Assembly (NCBI GenBank): GCA_964411235.1
Contig: CAYPKE010000001.1
Span: 1-43,284 of the forward strand
DNA length: 43,284 nucleotides
Origin: an uncultured Syntrophales bacterium
GTDB lineage: Bacteria; Desulfobacterota; Syntrophia; Syntrophales; JAAYKM01
Direction: 5' to 3'
A program made the position numbers and the translations under genes. The notes under the pieces are model-generated. The model did no database searches. It had not been told where the DNA came from and saw only the letters and a list, made by a program, of their open reading frames with translations. Positions 36,830-43,284 of the stretch are shown piece after piece (within the stretch, counting starts at the first letter, position 1; each line of letters opens with the position of its first letter).

Positions 36830-36892
36830 TGCAAAAGTGCCCTTTTGCATCGGAGCTGCCGCCGGGATGACCGCACGGCGGTCATCCCGGCG
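36830..36892 (-). other. two tandem stem-loops immediately downstream of uppP (15-bp GC-rich perfect hairpin + 8-bp hairpin)
   Basis: 36860-36874 pairs perfectly with 36878-36892 (CGCCGGGATGACCGC / GCGGTCATCCCGGCG, 3-nt loop). TGCAAAAG (36830-36837) pairs with CTTTTGCA (36842-36849). Neither hairpin has an adjacent U-tract. Confidence 0.6.
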
Positions 36893-36895
36893 AGA

Positions 36896-37714
36896 TCACA
36901 TGTGCCACAGGGCGATCAGGACCGATCCGCCGAACAGCCAGCAATAGTAGGCGAAGAAACGCAACGTCGCTTTTCTCAGAAACAAATACAGAAGTTTCAG
37001 GGAAAAGAAGCCGGTCACGGCGGCGGCAAGAAAACCGGCCAGATACGAAGGAAGGTCTCCTGCCGTGACGGCCGAGAAATGGGGGGCCTGTAATGCCACC
37101 GCACCCATAACTGCGGGGATGGACATCAGAAAAGAGTAACGGGCCGCTGTCTTTCGGTTCAGTCCCAGAAAGATGCCGCACGCAATCGTTGCGCCGGAAC
37201 GGGAAATACCGGGAATAAGCGCAAACCCTTGTGCAAGACCCAGCAAGAGCGCTTTGGGGAAGGATAGTTTTTCTTCATTGGCGCTGTTGTAACGGATACG
37301 ATCGGAAAGATAAAGCAGGAGGCCGGTAACAAAAAGCATGGATGCGGCAATCTTCGTGGAAGTGAAGAGGCTCTCAATTTCTTCCCGGAAAGTCAGCCCG
37401 ATGGTTGCCGTCAGGGCCGTACTGGCCAGGATGAGGATAAGCAGTCTGCGGAAGAATCTCTGCTGCTTTAGCGGAAGAGAAAAATTTCTTTTTCCGGGCC
37501 ACAAGGAACACAACATCATCCAGATGTCCTCCCGGAAGAAAAAGATGACAGCGGCCAGCGTTCCCAGATGGACGACCGCATCAAAGAGAACTCCCGGCTG
37601 GTAAAAAACCGGCATAAATCCCTGAGCGATGACAAGATGGGCCGAACTGCTGACGGGCAGCAGCTCCGTCAAGCCTTGGACGATTCCGAGAAAAATGGCC
37701 TGCAGCAGACTCAA
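36896..37714 (-). CDS. uppP: undecaprenyl-diphosphate phosphatase
   Basis: MSLLQAIFLGIVQGLTELLPVSSSAHL and GISRSGATI motifs of the BacA/UppP family. Confidence 0.93.
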   Translation of the reverse strand: MSLLQAIFLGIVQGLTELLPVSSSAHLVIAQGFMPVFYQPGVLFDAVVHLGTLAAVIFFFREDIWMMLCSLWPGKRNFSLPLKQQRFFRRLLILILASTALTATIGLTFREEIESLFTSTKIAASMLFVTGLLLYLSDRIRYNSANEEKLSFPKALLLGLAQGFALIPGISRSGATIACGIFLGLNRKTAARYSFLMSIPAVMGAVALQAPHFSAVTAGDLPSYLAGFLAAAVTGFFSLKLLYLFLRKATLRFFAYYCWLFGGSVLIALWHM

Positions 37715-38466
37715 CGTGAACGCTCCGCTTGCGGGGGTGAGGATGTGGTTCCGTAGGAATCGTAGTTGCGGATAATGGTATCTCTCACTTTCTTAATCAG
37801 TTCCTTATTCATTTCCGGGGTATACGCGGTGACGTCGACAGGTTGGTCGATAACAAGGGTGATCTGTCCACGACCGATTTGCAGCGTATGCTTGGGCCAA
37901 ATGCCGGCGGCGCCGATGATGGTAACCGGCGTCACCGGGACATCTGCCTGCATGGCCAGGTGAAACATGCCGGATTTGAAGGGGCCGATTGTGCCGTCTT
38001 CGCTTCGGGTTCCTTCAGGAAAGGACATGACCGACCGGTTTGCCTGAATCTTCTTTGCCGCTTCGACGATACTGGACAGGGCTTTTTCGTGATTGCCGCG
38101 ATCAATCGGTATGTAGCCGGCTTTTTTCATAGCCAGGCCGAAGACCGGTATCCGGAAAAGTTCATTCTTGGCGATCCAGCGAAACTCTCCGGGAATATAG
38201 CCCAAAACGGCGAAGATATCAAAATGGCTTTGGTGATTGGCCATAAAGATCTGGGGCCGATCCACCAGGATGTTTTCTCCGCCGAGGACCCGGACCCTGA
38301 CATCGGCCAGGCGCAACAAGACCCGCGCCCAGTTGCGTGCCACGCGGTGAATTCTTTCCTCGCCCGGAGAGAAGAGGGCCAGCAAAACGGCATAAAGGGA
38401 AAAGAGGGCCGTTATCAATACGCCCATCAGCAGGATTCCCAGGGACCGGATCATCGGGCTCTCCAT
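37711..38466 (-). CDS. plsC: 1-acyl-sn-glycerol-3-phosphate acyltransferase
   Basis: HX4D motif (ANHQSHFD) and the FPEGTRS motif, with an N-terminal TM. 4-nt overlap with uppP. The alternative start ATG 38454 has the better SD. Confidence 0.88.
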   Translation of the reverse strand: MESPMIRSLGILLMGVLITALFSLYAVLLALFSPGEERIHRVARNWARVLLRLADVRVRVLGGENILVDRPQIFMANHQSHFDIFAVLGYIPGEFRWIAKNELFRIPVFGLAMKKAGYIPIDRGNHEKALSSIVEAAKKIQANRSVMSFPEGTRSEDGTIGPFKSGMFHLAMQADVPVTPVTIIGAAGIWPKHTLQIGRGQITLVIDQPVDVTAYTPEMNKELIKKVRDTIIRNYDSYGTTSSPPQAERSR

Positions 38467-38665
38467 TCTTTTTACTTCGATATGGTCAATACAGCATGAA
38501 GCCTCCCCTAAGTACCGGATTGCCCTGTTTTAGTCAATGCGCAAAGTCGCGAAGACGCATTTGTTCGAATCAGAAGGTGTGCTTCCGGTTCCGGAAGAAA
38601 GTTCGCAATGGGGTTTTTCTCCCTGTGTCCGCTGTCCCTTCCGATACAAAGCTGACACAAAGCTG

Positions 38666-38694
38666 TTGACAAATATCTCTTCCGATAATAGCAT
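38666..38694 (+). promoter_or_regulatory. sigma70-type promoter candidate for hldA operon (TTGACA-N17-TAGCAT)
   Basis: TTGACA at 38666-38671, 17-nt spacer, TAGCAT at 38689-38694. Immediately preceded by two ACAAAGCTG direct repeats. Confidence 0.4.
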
Positions 38695-38740
38695 AGCGCC
38701 CCTTCATGCCTGATTTGCAAAGGAAAAGGTTTTTCAATTG

Positions 38741-39730
38741 ATGGATCGAGAAAGAGCATTGCTCATTATCGACCGTTTTCCCAGAGCGAAAGTTCTGGTC
38801 GTCGGAGACGTGATGGTCGATCACTTTATCTGGGGAAAGGTCGCGCGCATTTCGCCGGAGGCGCCGGTTCCCGTTGTTGAGGTCAGTTCTGATTCCCGCC
38901 GCTGGGGAGGGTGTGCCAATGTGATGAATAACATTCACAGCGTGGGGGGAAAAGTTTACCTTGCAGGGGTGATCGGGGACGATGCCACCGGGGCCAAACT
39001 TCTGGAAGAATTCAAGAAGCAGGAGATTCCCACGGAGGGGGTCGTCATCGATCCGGGTCGGCACACGACCCTGAAAACGCGGATTGTCGCACACAGCCAG
39101 CAGGTTGTGCGCTTTGACCGGGAGACACGCAAGGCGGTTTCGCCGTCGTGCATCGCAAAGCTCCTCGGCTATATTGCCTCATTGATAGATGAAATCGATA
39201 CGATCGTGATCTCCGATTACAACAAAGGGGTCGTCACGGCAGAGCTTCTTGATGGGATTCGAGAGATGATTAACGGTAAGCAGGTCCGGGTGTGTGTCGA
39301 CCCGAAGCGGAGGGACCTTTCTTTTTACCGCGGGTTTGACGTCATTACGCCCAACCATGTCGAGGCGGAGGAGGCCCTGGGCATCGAGGATCTGAACGGA
39401 AACGAAGCCGGCAAGAAAGAGGCGATCCGGCGTGAGGTTCTCCGACTGCTGGAGCGATTGCAACTCAGGGCGCTTCTCATTACAAGGGGAGAGGCCGGGA
39501 TGAGTCTTTTCGAAAATGACGGCACAGTGGTCCACATTCCCACTCAGGCCCGGGCCATTTATGATGTGACCGGTGCGGGCGACACGGTGATCGGCGTGTT
39601 CTCGGTCTGCCTTGCGGCCGGAGCGACTTTTTGTGAGGCGGCGGAGATCTCTAATTACGCTGCCGGAATCGCCGTCGGGAAAGTCGGGACGGCAACAGTT
39701 TCACGGGAAGAACTCCGGAGGGCTTTGTGA
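38741..39730 (+). CDS. hldA: D-glycero-beta-D-manno-heptose-7-phosphate kinase (RfaE domain I only)
   Basis: VLVVGDVMVDHFIWGKVARISPEAPVPVV is the RfaE/HldE kinase N-terminus. PfkB motifs DVTGAGDT and the C-terminal GTATVS are present. There is no fused adenylyltransferase domain. Confidence 0.85.
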   Translation: MDRERALLIIDRFPRAKVLVVGDVMVDHFIWGKVARISPEAPVPVVEVSSDSRRWGGCANVMNNIHSVGGKVYLAGVIGDDATGAKLLEEFKKQEIPTEGVVIDPGRHTTLKTRIVAHSQQVVRFDRETRKAVSPSCIAKLLGYIASLIDEIDTIVISDYNKGVVTAELLDGIREMINGKQVRVCVDPKRRDLSFYRGFDVITPNHVEAEEALGIEDLNGNEAGKKEAIRREVLRLLERLQLRALLITRGEAGMSLFENDGTVVHIPTQARAIYDVTGAGDTVIGVFSVCLAAGATFCEAAEISNYAAGIAVGKVGTATVSREELRRAL

Positions 39731-40284
39731 GCAAGCCCCTGTCGGCGGAAGCGGTCAAACTGATCATAAGTGTTCTGGCCTCCGACCGTGGCTCCCTGGA
39801 CTCTTCGATGAAGAGGCTTGCCGATCTTTTCGGTGTGCCGGACGTCATCGGCGCCCCACTTGGTTTTGGGTATACCGATTACTACGCGCCGGAAATGGGG
39901 CGCGAGCTGGTCCGGCGCTTTCTTTCGTTCGAAAGGCTCATCAGGCCGGAAGCTCTTCCCGATATCAAAATATCAACGAACCGTATCGAGGAAGATTTCG
40001 TGGAAGATGGTCGCCGCCGCATCAATCTCGATCCCGGCTACATTTCTCCGGCGCATTTGCTGCTGGCGACGGGAAAGGGTTACACGCACCGGCCTTATCT
40101 GCGGAATGGGATCTATGCCGATCTGACGCTTGTGTTCCGGGAAAAAATGTTCCATGATTTATCGTGGACTTATCCGGACTACGCCGCGGCCCGACAAATA
40201 GACTTTTTTAACCGGATCAGAGCACGGTATATGGCCCAGGTGAAACAAGGTGCGGCCGAAGGGGTCAAGGAGGCTGTTGATTAA
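39727..40284 (+). CDS. DUF4416 family protein
   Basis: GTG 39727 overlaps the hldA stop (GTGA). The YTDYYAPEMG...INLDPGYISPAHLLLATGKGYTHRPYL pattern is as I recall for DUF4416. Confidence 0.7.
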   Translation: MSKPLSAEAVKLIISVLASDRGSLDSSMKRLADLFGVPDVIGAPLGFGYTDYYAPEMGRELVRRFLSFERLIRPEALPDIKISTNRIEEDFVEDGRRRINLDPGYISPAHLLLATGKGYTHRPYLRNGIYADLTLVFREKMFHDLSWTYPDYAAARQIDFFNRIRARYMAQVKQGAAEGVKEAVD

Positions 40285-40357
40285 AGTTGGAAATGGAATT
40301 CCTGTTGATTCCTTGCATTTTTTTCGATTACGATCATACGGAAGGTGTCGGTAAAAA

Positions 40358-41239
40358 ATGATTCAAAGCATGACCGGTTACGGCAAAGCGGAGACCAGTA
40401 TCGACGGGCAGCGGTACGTTGTGGAGATACGGTCTCTGAACCATCGCTACCTGGAAATTTCCCTCAAAATCCCTGGCAGTCTGTCCGCCTTGGAAGCGGA
40501 AATCAAAAGAAGGATTGCAGAACGGTTTTCCCGGGGTCGCATCGAGGCGGCCATCAGGGTGGATACAAACGGCAATGCGGAGGAGGGTCGGCTGGATTTG
40601 AACCTCCCCCTGCTGAGGAACTACCACCGTTTGATGATGCGGCTGAAGGAAGAATTCAGTCTGCGGGACGAGGTTGGTTTGGCACACCTCACCGGGTTCA
40701 AGGACATTTTTGTTCCCGTGGAGGTCCAGGTGGACATGGAGTTGCTGTCCCGTCGTATCGGTACCGTACTCGACGAGGCGATTCTTCAACTGTTCGAAAT
40801 GCGGGGCAAAGAGGGAGAGATGCTTCTGGTGGATCTGAAGGAGCGCATCCGGAGGATTCAGGACTGTCTGGAAGTGATTTCTCTCCGGGCGCCTCGCTGT
40901 GTCCAGGAATACCAGCGCAGACTGACCGAGAGGGTGAAAGAATTGACCGGCGGGATCAGTATCGACGAAGGCCGTTTGGCGCAGGAGGTGGCGATCATGG
41001 CCGATAAGAGCGACATCACGGAGGAGGTCGTCCGCTTGCGGAGTCATATCAGCCAGTTTGACGAGATGCTGGAGAACGGCGAAGGAATCGGCAGAAAGGT
41101 TGATTTCCTGATTCAGGAGATGAACCGTGAAATCAACACGATTGGCTCCAAAACGGGGGATTTGGAGATTTCGCGTCATGTTATCGATGTAAAGAGCGAA
41201 CTCTCCAAATTGAGAGAGCAGGTGCAGAACATTGAGTAG
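40358..41239 (+). CDS. yicC: YicC/YloC family stress-induced protein (endoribonuclease family)
   Basis: MIQSMTGYGKAE...VEIRSLNHRYLEI N-terminus and the C-terminal DFLIQEMNREINTIGSK motif. Confidence 0.9.
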   Translation: MIQSMTGYGKAETSIDGQRYVVEIRSLNHRYLEISLKIPGSLSALEAEIKRRIAERFSRGRIEAAIRVDTNGNAEEGRLDLNLPLLRNYHRLMMRLKEEFSLRDEVGLAHLTGFKDIFVPVEVQVDMELLSRRIGTVLDEAILQLFEMRGKEGEMLLVDLKERIRRIQDCLEVISLRAPRCVQEYQRRLTERVKELTGGISIDEGRLAQEVAIMADKSDITEEVVRLRSHISQFDEMLENGEGIGRKVDFLIQEMNREINTIGSKTGDLEISRHVIDVKSELSKLREQVQNIE

Positions 41240-41855
41240 CACACCTTCCATAGGCAACGAGGCTGTTTTGCTGGTTGTTTCCGCGCCATCGGGGACAGGA
41301 AAAACGTCCATCTGCCGGGAAGTGATGAAAATGTTTCCGCAGATCGGGTTTTCCATTTCGCATACATCCCGCTCACCCCGCCCGGGGGAAGTGAACGGGA
41401 ACGATTATTTTTTTGTGACCCGTCAGGAATTCGAAACAATGGTCGCGCGGGAAGAGTTCGTTGAATGGGAGGAGAACTACGGGCATCTTTACGGCACATC
41501 CCTGGCGGTTCTGGATGCTCTGACTGCGGACAAGAAGGACGTGATCCTCGATGTGGACCCGCGTGGCGCCAGGGCCATCAAGGAGATGTGCCCGGAGGCG
41601 GTATCCGTATTTATCCTGCCTCCCTCCCTGGAGGCCTTGAAGGAGCGTTTGCGAAACCGGGGGCACGACGACGAGGAAACCCTGGGCGTCCGCTTCGGCA
41701 ATGCCATGGCGGAAATGGGGGAATATGTTTTTTATGATTACATCATTATCAACGATCGTCTGACGGAGGCGATCGACTTGCTGCGCTCGATCTATCTTGC
41801 GGAAAAAAGCCGCGTCCCGAGGAGAAGAGCGGAGATAAAAAAGTTTTTCGATTGA
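41232..41855 (+). CDS. gmk: guanylate kinase
   Basis: P-loop SAPSGTGKTS, YFFVTRQEFE and GHLYGTS motifs. TTG start overlaps the yicC end by 8 nt. Confidence 0.93.
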   Translation: MSSTPSIGNEAVLLVVSAPSGTGKTSICREVMKMFPQIGFSISHTSRSPRPGEVNGNDYFFVTRQEFETMVAREEFVEWEENYGHLYGTSLAVLDALTADKKDVILDVDPRGARAIKEMCPEAVSVFILPPSLEALKERLRNRGHDDEETLGVRFGNAMAEMGEYVFYDYIIINDRLTEAIDLLRSIYLAEKSRVPRRRAEIKKFFD

Positions 41856-41872
41856 TCGGAGGAAAATCAGTT

Positions 41873-42154
41873 ATGGCGAGAATTACCATCGAAGACGCTT
41901 TAGAAAAAGCTCAGACCCGTTTTGGTCTCGTGATGTTGACGGCACAACGCACCAGGCAGCTGCTGAAGGGGTCTGCACCCTTGGCGGACATCCGCAACAA
42001 CCGGGAAATCGTTGCGGCCCTGAGGGAAATTGCCGCAGGCAAAGTGAGCTATGCGCGTCCCGAATTTCTCAAGGGCGCGAAAGAAGATTTCAAGCCCATT
42101 CCCGATGATACGGAATTCGTGGGCGACGATGATTATGCGGAACCGGAACTCTGA
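41873..42154 (+). CDS. rpoZ: DNA-directed RNA polymerase subunit omega
   Basis: MARITIEDALEKAQTRFGLVMLTAQRTRQL is the canonical RpoZ N-terminus. ATG 41873 follows GGAGGAAAA. Confidence 0.9.
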   Translation: MARITIEDALEKAQTRFGLVMLTAQRTRQLLKGSAPLADIRNNREIVAALREIAAGKVSYARPEFLKGAKEDFKPIPDDTEFVGDDDYAEPEL

Positions 42155-42893
42155 TCCGCGGGGTAAATTGATTTTTGCCCTCGATGTTGGAGAAAGTCTT
42201 GAAGAGGCCCTTTCCTGGGTAGAGCTCCTTTCAGGTCATGTCGGTCTCTTCAAAATAGGCAAGGAGGCCTTTACCTTTTGGGGGCCGGACATCGTCCGGC
42301 AGGTTCAGCAGCGTGGGGGCGGTGTCTTTCTGGACCTCAAATTTCATGACATTCCCAATACGGTTGCCCGAGCGGCGGAAGCGGCGACGGACCTTCGGAT
42401 TTCCATGTTTAACATCCACGCGTCCGGCGGTAAGAAGATGATGTCCGAAGCGGTCTCGGCCACGCGTCGTTTTGCAGAGAAAAGGGTCCTGCCTGTGCCG
42501 GTGATTCTGGCCGTGACCATTCTCACCAGCCTGAACGATCAGGATCTTCTGGACATCGGTTTCCGGGGAGGCATGCAGGAAACGGTTCTGGGATTGGCCC
42601 GTATGGCCCAGGACGCAGGCGTGTCCGGCGTGGTTGCATCGCCTCAGGATATCGCCGCGATCAAGGCGGCCTGCGGTTCGGATTTTCTTATCGTCACACC
42701 CGGTATCCGCGGGACCGGTGCGGCGGCGGACGACCAGAAAAGGACTCTGACGCCTTTCGAGGCGGTGGCTTTGGGAGCCGACTATCTGGTCGTCGGACGT
42801 CCCATCCGCCTGGCCTTGAATCCGGCTATGGAAGCGGATGCCATTGTCGATGAAATGTCCCGGGGCATCGCTCGGCGCGTCGGCGAACAATAG
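42135..42893 (+). CDS. pyrF: orotidine 5'-phosphate decarboxylase
   Basis: KLIFALDV, FLDLKFHDIPNT and LVVGRPI motifs. Start is ATG 42135 or 42129 and overlaps the rpoZ 3' end. Confidence 0.9.
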   Translation: MRNRNSDPRGKLIFALDVGESLEEALSWVELLSGHVGLFKIGKEAFTFWGPDIVRQVQQRGGGVFLDLKFHDIPNTVARAAEAATDLRISMFNIHASGGKKMMSEAVSATRRFAEKRVLPVPVILAVTILTSLNDQDLLDIGFRGGMQETVLGLARMAQDAGVSGVVASPQDIAAIKAACGSDFLIVTPGIRGTGAAADDQKRTLTPFEAVALGADYLVVGRPIRLALNPAMEADAIVDEMSRGIARRVGEQ

Positions 42894-42902
42894 CAGCACA
42901 TC

Positions 42903-42929
42903 AAACGGGGCATCGATGCGATGCCGTTT
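42903..42929 (+). terminator. possible weak terminator / stem-loop after pyrF
   Basis: AAACGG(GG)CATC - GATGC - GATGCCGTTT forms about 10 bp with a 2-nt bulge and contains the palindrome GCATCGATGC. It is followed only by TTTCGG. Confidence 0.35.
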
Positions 42930-43029
42930 CGGAAATTCTCTTCTAAATATTTAGGGGCGGATATGCTGCAATTACCGTGTCCGCATACACGGGATGCGGG
43001 CCGTTACGGCGTTCTTTCCGGAGAGATCA

Positions 43030-43284
43030 ATGAAGTTGATTTATGGTATTAATCCTCTCATGGAAGCCCTGAAAACGGATGCCGGGCAACTGCAGAGGGT
43101 GATGATCGTTCAGGGCAGGCAAGGCGACATCATCCGCAAGCTGAAGGACCTGGCAGCGGAAAAAGGGTTGTCTGTTGGTTATGTCAACAAAGAAGAGATG
43201 GATCGTCTGGTGGGAAATCCCTTTCATCAGGGTGTTGCCGGGACAGGCCGGGATTTCCGTTATGCAACCGTGGAAGATATCGTT
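43030..43284 (+). CDS. rlmB: 23S rRNA (guanosine-2'-O-)-methyltransferase RlmB, 5' partial (runs off window)
   Basis: My translation from ATG 43030 is MKLIYGINPLMEALKTDAGQLQRVMIVQG...NPFHQGVAG, the SpoU_sub_bind N-terminal domain typical of RlmB/TrmH. The frame is open to the window end. Confidence 0.8.
   Translation, partial: MKLIYGINPLMEALKTDAGQLQRVMIVQGRQGDIIRKLKDLAAEKGLSVGYVNKEEMDRLVGNPFHQGVAGTGRDFRYATVEDIV

Noticed and set aside
1-43284. Search for CRISPR repeats, tRNA/rRNA/tmRNA/RNase P/SRP-like sequences, IS ends, integrase or phage genes, and toxin-antitoxin pairs
   Set aside because: None could be recognised by eye in any intergenic region or ORF translation. tRNAscan, Rfam and ISfinder runs would be the decisive check.

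Overview
This is a 43.3-kb chromosomal segment, mid-to-high 50s %GC by eye. I call about 45 protein-coding genes and found no rRNA, tRNA, CRISPR array, transposase, integrase or phage gene. All assignments come from reading motifs in the supplied translations; no database search was possible. Gene content and order look like core genome of an anaerobic Desulfobacterota/deltaproteobacterium-like organism, but that taxon is a guess. The supporting blocks are tag, prfC, aguB-aguA, M23 peptidase-bactofilin, mscL, nnr, ispB, sugE, rimO-ftsK, uppP-plsC, hldA-DUF4416 and yicC-gmk-rpoZ-pyrF-rlmB. I see no defence island or mobile element, and I do not think the window holds a clear-cut novel system. 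The most unusual locus is a compact Mo/W-cofactor module at 6.1-12.3 kb. It contains a Cys-rich molybdopterin-binding protein, a YqeC-MocA fusion, a TauE-type permease and a ModA/WtpA-type ABC transporter, preceded by a ModE-like palindrome. Other points worth a second look:
- a tightly packed minus-strand operon joining M23 peptidase, bactofilin, an isochorismatase-like hydrolase and an orphan beta-class DNA methyltransferase
- a degenerate GGDEF (SEANF) fused to a cNMP-binding domain
- a secreted amidohydrolase with a beta-gamma-crystallin-like C-terminus
- a G9 tract inside a hypothetical membrane protein
- a 14-codon uORF with a consensus SD in front of sugE
- a heptose kinase translationally coupled to DUF4416
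- several strong inverted repeats.
The many long antisense ORFs in the track are codon-aligned shadow frames, not genes.
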